Below are positions 1 to 13,939 of a stretch of 64,000 nt of DNA, one piece after another; position 1 is the first letter of the stretch, and each line of letters starts with the position of its first letter. The translations under genes were made by a program, and so were the position numbers. The notes beneath the pieces are model-generated. The model was not told the DNA's origin and did not search any database. It saw only the letters and a list, made by a program, of their open reading frames with translations. The stretch comes from Haplodiscus bocki (lineage: Eukaryota): positions 61,256,001 through 61,320,000 of the forward strand of contig OZ296648.1 in NCBI GenBank assembly GCA_965655095.1, in the 5' to 3' direction.

Positions 1-2263
1 AAATCTTTTACATTACGACCCGACTGTGTCCAACTCGATAACTTGGAATAAAAATTTCTGCAACAAGTCACACTTTTTCTGTCCTTCTACACAGAAGACA
101 GCATTGTGGAATCAGTTTTTCAAACTTGTCAGAAAATGTGAGCAGGAGCGAGTCGCGAGTTCCTGTATTCCAGTCCAAACCATGCCTCCAGACCAAATGT
201 CTTGCAACGCAAAGCTAGGTTTTTCTCTCGTCTTGACGAATAACTTGTCCGTTAGTGGCAGCTCCAAATTGAGTTCTCTCCTGGGAATTTTGTACGTACA
301 AATAGTTTTTGATAACGAACGGTTAATTTTTCTGTCTTAAAGCCTTCAAAGTCGATAGCAATAACTTCACTCAACAGCTTAGTTACTTCGAACAGCGTCG
401 ATGTATTAGTTTGAATTTCATAGCGAAAGAAGTTGGGTTGACGTGAACGAACATCGCTAGAAACGTGAATGAACATCGGTAAAAACGCGAACGCAATTGG
501 CTAACATCGGTTTGAAAACGCACCATTTGAATGGATGGTTTTCCCTAAGAATTTAGCATTCGGTGGAAATTATTAAACTAGTGGCCGATTTGATATTTTC
601 TCTGAGACATCTGAATTCTTCGGGTGTCAGCGGGATGACGACGATTTTCCTGGAAATATTACAACCAAGAAACTCGTACCTCCTCCTTAACACGGCAAAT
701 ACCTGTGTGTATGTCACATGTCGGGGGCACCGCCATTGGTTTAGACACGGGGGTAGCTGTAGGTTTTCAAGATCGTTTGCTTTGTAGACATTTTGCTGTC
801 TCTGTTTCATCAAGCAATTGTGCGAATCCTTTTTCCTCGAGCACAGATCAAAGTAGTGCTCAGATTGATTGTGGTTAGAGCAATTATTATTGATACAATG
901 CGAGAAATCTTTTACATTACGACCCGACTGTGTCCAACTCGATAACTTGGAATAAAAATTTCTGCAACAAGTTACACTTTTTCTGTCCTTCTACACAGAA
1001 GACAGCATTGTGGAATCAGTTTTTCAAACTTGTCAGAAAATGTGAGCTGGAGCGAGTCGCGAGTTCCTGTATTCCAGTCCAAACCATGCCTCCAGACCAA
1101 ATGTCTTGCAACGCAAAGCTAGGTTTTTCTCTCGTCTTGACGAATAACCTGTCCGTTAGTGGCAGCTCCAAATTGAGTTCTCTCCTGGGAATTTTGTACG
1201 TACAAATGGTTTTTGATAACGAACGGTTAATTTTTCTGTCTTAAAGCCTTCAAAGTCGATAGCAATAACTTCACTCAACAGCTTAGTTACTTCGAACAGC
1301 GTCGATGTATTAGTTTGAATTTCATAGCGAAAGAAGTTGGGTTGACGTGAACGAACATCGCTAAAACGTGAATGAACATCGGTAAAAACGCGAACGCAAT
1401 TGGCTAACATCGGTTTGAAAACGCACCATTTGAATGGATGATTTTCCCTAAGAATTTAGCATTCGGTGGAAATTATTAAACTAGTGGCTGATTTGATATT
1501 TTCTCTGAGACAGCTGAATTCTTCGGGTGTCAGCGGGATGACGACGATTTTCCTGGAAATATTACAACCAAGAAACTCGTACCTCCTCCTTAACACGGCA
1601 AATACCTGTGTGTATGTCACATGTCGGAGGCACCGCCATTGGTTTAGACACGGGGGTAGCTGTAGGTTTTCAAGATCGTTTGCTTTGTAGACATTTTCCT
1701 GTCTCTGTTTCATCAAGCAATTGTGCCAATCCTTTTTCCTCGAACACAGATCAAAGTAGCGCTCAGAGTGATTGTAGTTAGAGCAATTAATATTGATACA
1801 ATGCGAGAAATCTTTTACATTACGACCCGACTGTGTCCAACTCGATAACTTGGAATAAAAATTTCTGCAAGAAGTCACACTTTTTCTGTCCTTCTACACA
1901 GAAGACAGCATTGTGGAATCAGTTTTCCCAACTTGTCAGAAAATGTGAGCAGGAGCGAGTCGCGAGTTCCTGTATTCCAGTCCAAACCATGCCTCCAGAC
2001 CAAACGTCTTGCAACGCAAAGCTAGGTTTTTCTCTCGTCTTGAGGAATAACTTGTCCGTCAGTGGCAGCTCCAAATTGAGTTCCCTCCTGGGAATTTTGT
2101 ACGTACACATAGTCTTTGATAACGAACGGTTAATTTTTCTGTCTTAAAGCTTTCGAAGTCGATAGCAATAACTTCACTCAACAGCTTAGTTACTTCGAAC
2201 AACGTCGATGTAATAGTTTGAATTTCATAGCGAAAGAAGTTGGGTTGACGTGAACGAACATCG

Positions 2264-2617
2264 CTAGAAACGTGAATGAACATCGGTAAAAACGCGAACG
2301 CAATTGGCTAACATCGGTTTGAAAACGCACCATTTGAATGGATGGTTTTCCGTAAGAATTTCGATGATGGTGGAAATTATTAAACTAGTGACCGATTTGA
2401 TACTTTCTCTGAGACAGCTGAATTCTTCGGGTGTCAGCGGGATGACGACGATTCTCCTGGAAATATTACAACCAAGAAACTCGTACCTCCTCCTTAACAC
2501 TGCAAATACCTGTGTGTATGTCACATGTCGGGGGCACCGCCATTGGTTTAGACACGGGGGTAGCTGTAGGTTTTCAAGATCGTTTGCTTTGTAGACATTT
2601 TGCTGTCTCTGTTTCAT
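2264..2617 (-). CDS. 117-aa ORF of unknown function inside the array unit (MKQRQQNVYK...DVHSRF); representative open copy
   Basis: ATG at 2617-2615, stop at 2264-2266. Open in the copies with stops at 2264, 7687, 8591, 9495, 10396 and 13106; cut short (ISTEC*) in 8 other copies. No evidence of expression. Confidence 0.3.
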   Translation of the reverse strand: MKQRQQNVYKANDLENLQLPPCLNQWRCPRHVTYTQVFAVLRRRYEFLGCNISRRIVVIPLTPEEFSCLRESIKSVTSLIISTIIEILTENHPFKWCVFKPMLANCVRVFTDVHSRF

Positions 2618-5600
2618 CAAGCAATTGTGCGAATCCTTTTTCCTCGAGCACAGATCAAAGTAGTGCTCAGATTGATTGTGGTTAGAGCAATTATTATTGA
2701 TACAATGCGAGAAATCTTTTACATTACGACCCGACTGTGTCCAACTCGATAACTTGGAATAAAAATTTCTGCAACAAGTCACACTTTTTCTGTCCTTCTA
2801 CACAGAAGACAGCATTGTGGAATCAGTTTTTCAAACTTGTCAGAAAATGTGAGCAGGAGCGAGTCGCGAGTTCCTGTATTCCAGTCCAAACCATGCCTCC
2901 AGACCAAATGTCTTGCAACGCAAAGCTAGGTTTTTCTCTCGTCTTGACGAATAACTTGTCCGTTAGTGGCAGCTCCAAATTGAGTTCTCTCCTGGGAATT
3001 TTGTACGTACAAATAGTTTTTGATAACGAACGGTTAATTTTTCTGTCTTAAAGCCTTCAAAGTCGATAGCAATAACTTCACTCAACAGCTTAGTTACTTC
3101 GAACAGCGTCGATGTATTAGTTTGAATTTCATACCGAAAGAAGTTGGGTTGACGTGAACGAACATCGCTAGAAACGTGAATGAACATCGGTAAAAACGCG
3201 AACGCAATTGGCTAACATCGGTTTGAAAACGCACCATTTGAATGGATGGTTTTCCCTAAGAATTTAGCATTCGGTGGAAATTATTAAACTAGTGGCCGAT
3301 TTGATATTTTCTCTGAGACATCTGAATTCTTCGGGTGTCAGCGGGATGACGACGATTTTCCTGGAAATATTACAACCAAGAAACTCGTACCTCCTCCTTA
3401 ACACGGCAAATACCTGTGTGTATGTCACATGTCGGGGGCACCGCCATTGGTTTAGACACGGGGGTAGCTGTAGGTTTTCAAGATCGTTTGCTTTGTAGAC
3501 ATTTTGCTGTCTCTGTTTCATCAAGCAATTGTGCGAATCCTTTTTCCTCGAGCACAGATCAAAGTAGCGCTCAGAGTGATTGTGGTTAGAGCAATTATTA
3601 TTGATACAATGCGAGAAATCTTTTACATTACGACCCGACTGTGTCCAACTCGATAACTTGGAATAAAAATTTCTGCAACAAGTCACACTTTTTCTGTCCT
3701 TCTACACAGAAGACAGCATTGTGGAATCAGTTTTTCAAACTTGTCAGAAAATGTGAGCAGGAGCGAGTCGCGAGTTCCTGTATTCCAGTCCAAACCATGC
3801 CTCCAGACCAAATGTCTTGCAACGCAAAGCTAGGTTTTTCTCTCGTCTTGACGAATAACTTGTCCGTTAGTGGCAGCTCCAAATTGAGTTCTCTCCTGGG
3901 AATTTTGTACGTACAAATAGTTTTTGATAACGAACGGTTAATTTTTCTGTCTTAAAGCCTTCAAAGTCGATAGCAATAACTTCACTCAACAGCTTAGTTA
4001 CTTCGAACAGCGTCGATGTATTAGTTTGAATTTCATAGCGAAAGAAGTTGGGTTGACGTGAACGAACATCGCTAGAAACGTGAATGAACATCGGTAAAAA
4101 CGCGAACGCAATTGGCTAACATCGGTTTGAAAACGCACCATTTGAATGGATGGTTTTCCCTAAGAATTTAGCATTCGGTGGAAATTATTAAACTAGTGGC
4201 CGATTTGATATTTTCTCTGAGACATCTGAATTCTTCGGGTGTCAGCGGGATGACGACGATTTTCCTGGAAATATTACAACCAAGAAACTCGTACCTCCTC
4301 CTTAACACGGCAAATACCTGTGTGTATGTCACATGTCGGGGGCACCGCCATTGGTTTAGACACGGGGGTAGCTGTAGGTTTTCAAGATCGTTTGCTTTGT
4401 AGACATTTTGCTGTCTCTGTTTCATCAAGCAATTGTGCGAATCCTTTTTCCTCGAGCACAGATCAAAGTAGTGCTCAGATTGATTGTGGTTAGAGCAATT
4501 ATTATTGATACAATGCGAGAAATCTTTTACATTACGACCCGACTGTGTCCAACTCGATAACTTGGAATAAAAATTTCTGCAACAAGTTACACTTTTTCTG
4601 TCCTTCTACACAGAAGACAGCATTGTGGAATCAGTTTTTCAAACTTGTCAGAAAATGTGAGCAGGAGCGAGTCGCGAGTTCCTGTATTTCAGTCCAAACC
4701 ATGCCTCCAGACCAAATGTCTTGCAACGCAAAGCTAGGTTTTTCTCTCGTCTTGACGAATAACCTGTCCGTTAGTGGCAGCTCCAAATTGAGTTCTCTCC
4801 TGGGAATTTTGTACGTACAAATGGTTTTTGATAACGAACGGTTAATTTTTCTGTCTTAAAGCCTTCAAAGTCGATAGCAATAACTTCACTCAACAGCTTA
4901 GTTACTTCGAACAGCGTCGATGTATTAGTTTGAATTTCATAGCGAAAGAAGTTGGGTTGACGTGAACGAACATCGCTAGAAACGTGAATGAACATCGGTA
5001 AAAACGCGAACGCAATTGGCTAACATCGGTTTGAAAACGCACCATTTGAATGGATGGTTTTCCCTAAGAATTTAGCATTCGGTGGAAATTATTAAACTAG
5101 TGGCCGATTTGATATTTTCTCTGAGACATCTGAATTCTTCGGGTGTCAGCGGGATGACGACGATTTTCCTGGAAATATTACAACCAAGAAACTCGTACCT
5201 CCTCCTTAACACGGCAAATACCTGTGTGTATGTCACATGTCGGGGGCACCGCCATTGGTTTAGACACGGGGGTAGCTGTAGGTTTTCAAGATCGTTTGCT
5301 TTGTAGACATTTTGCTGTCTCTGTTTCATCAAGCAATTGTGCGAATCCTTTTTCCTCGAGCACAGATCAAAGTAGTGCTCAGATTGATTGTGGTTAGAGC
5401 AATTATTATTGATACAATGCGAGAAATCTTTTACATTACGACCCGACTGTGTCCAACTCGATAACTTGGAATAAAAATTTCTGCAACAAGTTACACTTTT
5501 TCTGTCCTTCTACACAGAAGACAGCATTGTGGAATCAGTTTTTCAAACTTGTCAGAAAATGTGAGCAGGAGCGAGTCGCGAGTTCCTGTATTTCAGTCCA

Positions 5601-8600
5601 AACCATGCCTCCAGACCAAATGTCTTGCAACGCAAAGCTAGGTTTTTCTCTCGTCTTGACGAATAACCTGTCCGTTAGTGGCAGCTCCAAATTGAGTTCT
5701 CTCCTGGGAATTTTGTACGTACAAATGGTTTTTGATAACGAACGGTTAATTTTTATGTCTTAAAGCCTTCAAAGTCGATAGCAATAACTTCACTCAACAG
5801 CTTAGTTACTTCGAACAGCGTCGATGTATTAGTTTGAATTTCATAGCGAAAGAAGTTGGGTTGACGTGAACGAACATCGCTAGAAACGTGAATGAACATC
5901 GGTAAAAACGCGAACGCAATTGGCTAACATCGGTTTGAAAACGCACCATTTGAATGGATGGTTTTCCCTAAGAATTTAGCATTCGGTGGAAATTATTAAA
6001 CTAGTGGCCGATTTGATATTTTCTCTGAGACATCTGAATTCTTCGGGTGTCAGCGGGATGACGACGATTTTCCTGGAAATATTACAACCAAGAAACTCGT
6101 ACCTCCTCCTTAACACGGCAAATACCTGTGTGTATGTCACATGTCGGGGGCACCGCCATTGGTTTAGACACGGGGGTAGCTGTAGGTTTTCAAGATCGTT
6201 TGCTTTGTAGACATTTTGCTGTCTCTGTTTCATCAAGCAATTGTGCGAATCCTTTTTCCTCGAGCACAGATCAAAGTAGTGCTCAGATTGATTGTGGTTA
6301 GAGCAATTATTATTGATACAATGCGAGAAATCTTTTACATTACGACCCGACTGTGTCCAACTCGATAACTTGGAATAAAAATTTCTGCAACAAGTTACAC
6401 TTTTTCTGTCCTTCTACACAGAAGACAGCATTGTGGAATCAGTTTTTCAAACTTGTCAGAAAATGTGAGCAGGAGCGAGTCGCGAGTTCCTGTATTTCAG
6501 TCCAAACCATGCCTCCAGACCAAATGTCTTGCAACGCAAAGCTAGGTTTTTCTCTCGTCTTGACGAATAACCTGTCCGTTAGTGGCAGCTCCAAATTGAG
6601 TTCTCTCCTGGGAATTTTGTACGTACAAATGGTTTTTGATAACGAACGGTTAATTTTTCTGTCTTAAAGCCTTCAAAGTCGATAGCAATAACTTCACTCA
6701 ACAGCTTAGTTACTTCGAACAGCGTCGATGTATTAGTTTGAATTTCATAGCGAAAGAAGTTGGGTTGACGTGAACGAACATCGCTAAAACGTGAATGAAC
6801 ATCGGTAAAAACGCGAACGCAATTGGCTAACATCGGTTTGAAAACGCACCATTTGAATGGATGGTTTTCCCTAAGAATTTAGCATTCGGTGGAAATTATT
6901 AAACTAGTGGCCGATTTGATATTTTCTCTGAGACAGCTGAATTCTTCGGGTGTCAGCGGGATGACGACGATTTTCCTGGAAATATTACAACCAAGAAACT
7001 CGTACCTCCTCCTTAACACGGCAAATACCTGTGTGTATGTCACATGTCGGAGGCACCGCCATTGGTTTAGACACGGGGGTAGCTGTAGGTTTTCAAGATC
7101 GTTTGCTTTGTAGACATTTTCCTGTCTCTGTTTCATCAAGCAATTGTGCGAATCCTTTTTCCTCGAACACAGATCAAAGTAGCGCTCAGAGTGATTGTAG
7201 TTAGAGCAATTAATATTGATACAATGCGAGAAATCTTTTACATTACGACCCGACTGTGTCCAACTCGATAACTTGGAATAAAAATTTCTGCAAGAAGTCA
7301 CACTTTTTCTGTCCTGCTACACAGAAGACAGCATTGTGGAATTAGTTTTCCCAACTTGTCAGAAAATGTGAGCAGGAGCGAGTCGCGAGTTCCTGTATTC
7401 CAGTCCAAACCATGCCTCCAGACCAAACGTCTTGCAACGCAAAGCTAGGTTTTTCTCTCGTCTTGAGGAATAACTTGTCCGTCAGTGGCAGCTCCAAATT
7501 GAGTTCTCTCCTGGGAATTTTGTACGTACACATAGTCTTTGATAACGAACGGTTAATTTTTCTGTCTTAAAGCTTTCGAAGTCGATAGCAATAACTTCAC
7601 TCAACAGCTTAGTTACTTCGAACAACGTCGATGTAATAGTTTGAATTTCATAGCGAAAGAAGTTGGGTTGACGTGAACGAACATCGCTAGAAACGTGAAT
7701 GAACATCGGTAAAAACGCGAACGCAATTGGCTAACATCGGTTTGAAAACGCACCATTTGAATGGATGGTTTTCCCTAAGAATTTCGAATTTGGTGGAACT
7801 TATTAAACTAGTGGCCGCTTTGATACTTTCTCTGAGACAGCTGAATTCTTCGGGTGTCAGCGGGATGACGACGATTTTCCTGGAAATATTACAACCAAGA
7901 AACTCGTACCTCCTCCTTAACACGGCAAATATCTGTGTGTATGTCACATGTCGGAGGCACCGCCATTGGTTTAGACACGGGGGTAGCTGTAGGTTGTCAA
8001 GATCGCTTGCTTTGTAGACATTTTCCTGTCTCTGTTTCATCAAGCAATTGTGCGAATCCTTTTTCCTCGAACACAGACCAAAGTAGCGCTCAGAGTGATT
8101 GTAGTTAGAGCAATTAATATTGATACAATGCGAGAAATCTTTTACTTTACGACCCGACTGTGTCCAACTCGATAAATTGGAATAAAAATTTCTGCAACAA
8201 GTCACACTTTTTCTGTCCTTCTACACAGAAGACAGCATTGTGGAATCAGTTTTTCAAACTTGTCAGAAAATGTGAGCAGGAGCGAGTCGCGAGTTCCTGT
8301 ATTCCAGTCCAAACCATGCCTCCGGACCAAATGTCTTGCAAAGCAAAGCTAGGTTTTTCTCTCGTCTTGAGGAATAACTTGTCCGTCAGTGGCAGCTCCA
8401 AATTGAGTTCTCTCCTGGGAATTTTGGACCTACACATAGTCTTTGATAACGAACGGTTAATTTTTCTGTCTTAAAGCTTTCGAAGTCGATAGCAGTAACT
8501 TCACTCAACAGCTTAGTTACTTCGAACAACGTCGATGTAATAGTTTGAATTTCATAGCGAAAGAAGTTGGGTTGACGTGAACGAACATCGCTAAAAACGT

Positions 8601-11600
8601 GAATGAACATCGGTAAAAACGCGAACGCAATTGGCTAACATCGGTTTGAAAACGCACCATTTGAATGGATGGTTTTCCCTAAAAATTTCGAATATGGTGG
8701 AAATTATTAAACTAGTGACCGATTTGATACTTTCTCTGAAACAGCTGAATTCTTTGGGTGTCAGCGGGATGACGACGATTCTCCTGGAAATATTACAACC
8801 AAGAAACTCGTACCTCCTCCTTAACACGGCAAATACCTGCTTGTATGTCACATGTCGGGGGCACCGCCTTTGGTTTAGACATGGGGGTAGCTGTAGGTTG
8901 TCAAGATCGCTTGCTTTGTAGACATTTTCCTGTCTCTGTTTCATCAAGCAATTGTGCGAATCCTTTTTCCTCGAACACAGACCAAAGTAGCGCTCAGAGT
9001 GATTGTAGTTAGAGCAATTAATATTGATACAATGCGAGAAATCTTTTACTTTACGACCCGACTGTGTCCAACTCGATAAATTGGAATAAAAATTTCTGCA
9101 ACAAGTCACACTTTTTCTGTCCTTCTACACAGAAGACAGCATTGTGGAATCAGTTTTTCAAACTTGTCAGAAAATGTGAGCAGGAGCGAGTCGCGAGTTC
9201 CTGTATTCCAGTCCAAACCATGCCTCCGGACCAAATGTCTTGCAAAGCAAAGCTAGGTTTTTCTCTCGTCTTGAGGAATAACTTGTCCGTCAGTGGCAGC
9301 TCCAAATTGAGTTCTCTCCTGGGAATTTTGGACCTACACATAGTCTTTGATAACGAACGGTTAATTTTTCTGTCTTAAAGCTTTCGAAGTCGATAGCAGT
9401 AACTTCACTCAACAGCTTAGTTACTTCGAACAACGTCGATGTAATAGTTTGAATTTCATAGCGAAAGAAGTTGGGTTGACGTGAACGAACATCGCTAAAA
9501 ACGTGAATGAACATCGGTAAAAACGCGAACGCAATTGGCTAACATCGGTTTGAAAACGCACCATTTGAATGGATGGTTTTCCCTAAAAATTTCGAATATG
9601 GTGGAAATTATTAAACTAGTGACCGATTTGATACTTTCTCTGAAACAGCTGAATTCTTTGGGTGTCAGCGGGATGACGACGATTCTCCTGGAAATATTAC
9701 AACCAAGAAACTCGTACCTCCTCCTTAACACGGCAAATACCTGCTTGTATGTCACATGTCGGGGGCACCGCCTTTGGTTTAGACATGGGGGTAGCTGTAG
9801 GTTTTCAAGCTCGTTTGCTTTGTAGACATTTTGCTGTGTCTGTTTCATCAAGCAATTGTGCGAATCCTTTTTCCTCGAGCACAGATCAAAGTGGCGCTCA
9901 GAGTGATTGTAGTTACAGCAATTATTATTGATACAATGCGAGAAATCTTTTACATTACGACCCGACTGTGTCCAACTCGATAACTTGGAATAAAAATTTC
10001 TGCAACGAGTCACACTTTTTCTGTCCTACACAGAAGACAGCATTGTGGAATCAGTTTTTCAAACTTGTCAGAAAATGCGAGCAGGAGCGAGTCGCGAGTT
10101 CCTGTATTCCAGTCCAAACCATGCCTCCAGACCAAATGTCTTGCAACGCAAAGCTAGGTTTTTCTCTCGTCTTGAGGAATAACTTGTCCGTCAGTGGCAG
10201 CTCCAAATTGAGTTCTCTCCTGGGAATTTTGTACGTACACATAGTCTTTGATAACGAACGGTTAATTTTTCTGTCTTAAAGCTTTCGAAGTCGATAGCAA
10301 TAACTTCACTCAACAGCTTAGTTACTTCGAACAACGTCGATGTAATAGTTTGAATTTCATAGCGAAAGAAGTTGGGTTGACGTGAACGAACATCGCTAGA
10401 AACGTGAATGAACATCGGTAAAAACGCGAACGCAATTGGCTAACATCGGTTTGAAAACGCACCATTTGAATGGATGGTTTTCCCTAAGAATTTCGAATTT
10501 GGTGGAACTTATTAAACTAGTGGCCGCTTTGATACTTTCTCTGAGACAGCTGAATTCTTCGGGTGTCAGCGGGATGACGACGATTTTCCTGGAAATATTA
10601 CAACCAAGAAACTCGTACCTCCTCCTTAACACGGCAAATATCTGTGTGTATGTCACATGTCGGAGGCACCGCCATTGGTTTAGACACGGGGGTAGCTGTA
10701 GGTTTTCAAGATCGTTTGCTTTGTAGACATTTTCCTGTCTCTGTTTCATCAAGCAATTGTGCGAATCCTTTTTCCTCGAACACAGACCAAAGTAGCGCTC
10801 AGAGTGATTGTAGTTAGAGCAATTAATATTGATACAATGCGAGAAATCTTTTACATTACGACCCGACTGTGTCCAACTCGATAACTTGGAATAAAAATTT
10901 CTGCAAGAAGTCACACTTTTTCTGTCCTTCTACACAGAAGACAGCATTGTGGAATCAGTTTTCCCAACTTGTCAGAAAATGTGAGCAGGAGCGAGTCGCG
11001 AGTTCCTGTATTCCAGTCCAAACCATGCCTCCAGACCAAATGTCTTGCAACGCAAAGCTAGGTTTTTCTCTCGTCTTGACGAATAACTTGTCCGTTAGTG
11101 GCAGCTCCAAATTGAGTTCTCTCCTGGGAATTTTGTACGTACACATAGTCTTTGATAACGAACGGTTAATTTTTCTGTCTTAAAGCTTTCGAAGTCGATA
11201 GCAATAACTTCACTCAACAGCTTAGTTACTTCGAACAGCGTCGATGTATTAGTTTGAATTTCATAGCGAAAGAAGTTGGGTTGAAGTGAACGAACATCGC
11301 TAAAACGTGAATGAACATCGGTAAAAACGCGAACGCAATTGGCTAACATCGGTTTGAAAACGCACCATTTGAATGGATGGTTTTCCCTAAGAATTTAGCA
11401 TTCGGTGGAAATTATTGAACTAGTGGCCGATTTGATATTTTCTCTGAGACAGCTGAATTCTTCGGGTGTCAGCGGGATGACGACGATTTTCCTGGAAATA
11501 TTACAACCAAGAAACTTGTACCTCCTCCTTAACACGGCAAATACCTGTGTGTATGTCACATGTCGGAGGCACCGCCATTGGTTTAGACACGGGGGTAGCT

Positions 11601-13429
11601 GTAGGTTTTCAAGATCGTTTGCTTTGTAGACATTTTCCTGTCTCTGTTTCATCAAGCAATTGTGCGAATCCTTTTTCCTCGAACACAGACCAAAGTAGCG
11701 CTCAGAGTGATTGTAGTTAGAGCAATTAATATTGATACAATGCGAGAAATCTTTTACATTACGACCCGACTGTGTCCAACTCGATAACTTGGAATAAAAA
11801 TTTCTGCAAGAAGTCACACTTTTTCTGTCCTTCTACACAGAAGACAGCATTGTGGAATCAGTTTTCCCAACTTGTCAGAAAATGTGAGCAGGAGCGAGTC
11901 GCGAGTTCCTGTATTCCAGTCCAAACCATGCCTCCAGACCAAATGTCTTGCAACGCAAAGCTAGGTTTTTCTCTCGTCTTGACGAATAACTTGTCCGTTA
12001 GTGGCAGCTCCAAATTGAGTTCTCTCCTGGGAATTTTGTACGTACACATAGTCTTTGATAACGAACGGTTAATTTTTCTGTCTTAAAGCTTTCGAAGTCG
12101 ATAGCAATAACTTCACTCAACAGCTTAGTTACTTCGAACAACGTCGATGTAATAGTTTGAATTTCATAGCGAAAGAAGTTGGGTTGACGTGAACGAACAT
12201 CGCTAGAAACGTGAATGAACATCGGTAAAACGCGAACGCAATTGGCTAACATCGGTTTGAAAACGCACCATTTGAATGGATGGTTTTCCCTAAGAATTTC
12301 GAATTTGGTGGAACTTATTAAACTAGTGGCCGCTTTGATACTTTCTCTGAGACAGCTGAATTCTTCGGGTGTCAGCGGGATGACGACGATTTTCCTGGAA
12401 ATATTACAACCAAGAAACTCGTACCTCCTCCTTAACACGGCAAATATCTGTGTGTATGTCACATGTCGGAGGCACCGCCATTGGTTTAGACACGGGGGTA
12501 GCTGTAGGTTGTCAAGATCGCTTGCTTTGTAGACATTTTCCTGTCTCTGTTTCATCAAGCAATTGTGCGAATCCTTTTTCCTCGAACACAGACCAAAGTA
12601 GCGCTCAGAGTGATTGTAGTTAGAGCAATTAATATTGATACAATGCGAGAAATCTTTTACTTTACGACCCGACTGTGTCCAACTCGATAAATTGGAATAA
12701 AAATTTCTGCAACAAGTCACACTTTTTCTGTCCTTCTACACAGAAGACAGCATTGTGGAATCAGTTTTTCAAACTTGTCAGAAAATGTGAGCAGGAGCGA
12801 GTCGCGAGTTCCTGTATTCCAGTCCAAACCATGCCTCCGGACCAAATGTCTTGCAAAGCAAAGCTAGGTTTTTCTCTCGTCTTGAGGAATAACTTGTCCG
12901 TCAGTGGCAGCTCCAAATTGAGTTCTCTCCTGGGAATTTTGGACCTACACATAGTCTTTGATAACGAACGGTTAATTTTTCTGTCTTAAAGCTTTCGAAG
13001 TCGATAGCAGTAACTTCACTCAACAGCTTAGTTACTTCGAACAACGTCGATGTAATAGTTTGAATTTCATAGCGAAAGAAGTTGGGTTGACGTGAACGAA
13101 CATCGCTAAAAACGTGAATGAACATCGGTAAAAACGCGAACGCAATTGGCTAACATCGGTTTGAAAACGCACCATTTGAATGGATGGTTTTCCCTAAAAA
13201 TTTCGAATATGGTGGAAATTATTAAACTAGTGACCGATTTGATACTTTCTCTGAAACAGCTGAATTCTTTGGGTGTCAGCGGGATGACGACGATTCTCCT
13301 GGAAATATTACAACCAAGAAACTCGTACCTCCTCCTTAACACGGCAAATACCTGCTTGTATGTCACATGTCGGGGGCACCGCCTTTGGTTTAGACATGGG
13401 GGTAGCTGTAGGTTTTCAAGCTCGTTTGC

Positions 13430-13925
13430 TTTGTAGACATTTTGCTGTGTCTGTTTCATCAAGCAATTGTGCGAATCCTTTTTCCTCGAGCACAGATCAA
13501 AGTGGCGCTCAGAGTGATTGTAGTTACAGCAATTATTATTGATACAATGCGAGAAATCTTTTACATTACGACCCGACTGTGTCCAACTCGATAACTTGGA
13601 ATAAAAATTTCTGCAACGAGTCACACTTTTTCTGTCCTACACAGAAGACAGCATTGTGGAATCAGTTTTTCAAACTTGTCAGAAAATGCGAGCAGGAGCG
13701 AGTCGCGAGTTCCTGTATTCCAGTCCAAACCATGCCTCCAGACCAAATGTCTTGCAACGCAAAGCTAGGTTTTTCTCTCGTCTTGAGGAATAACTTGTCC
13801 GTCAGTGGCAGCTCCAAATTGAGTTCTCTCCTGGGAATGTTGTACGTACACATAGTTTTTGATAACGAACGGTTAATTTTTCTGTCTTAAAGCCTTCAAA
13901 GTCGATAGCAACAACTTCACTCAAC
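13430..13925 (-). pseudogene. Frameshifted DEDD-exonuclease-like small gene of the type carried by Polinton/Maverick-like elements (last copy given; present in every full array unit)
   Basis: Manual - strand translation across frameshifts: (L/M)SEVVAIDFEGFKTEKL / PFVIK-LCVR... / ERKT*LCVARHLVWRHGLDWNTG / FLTSLKN*FHNAVFCVGQKKCDSLQKFLFQVIELDTVG / NVKDFSHCINNNCCNYNHSERHFDLCSRKK. This fits the recalled pattern IDFEGF...FIIKEL...HGLxWxxG...YVKGxEK...LDxLGCP...C..H...CAxxK. Confidence 0.6.
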
Positions 13926-13939
13926 AGCTTACTTACTTC

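Noticed and set aside
26-340. + strand 104-aa and 74/96-aa ORFs repeated in every unit as real genes
   Set aside because: They start at non-ATG codons (e.g. GTG at 26), have no recognisable motifs, and lie antisense to the recognisable - strand relic genes; their recurrence just reflects the repeat.
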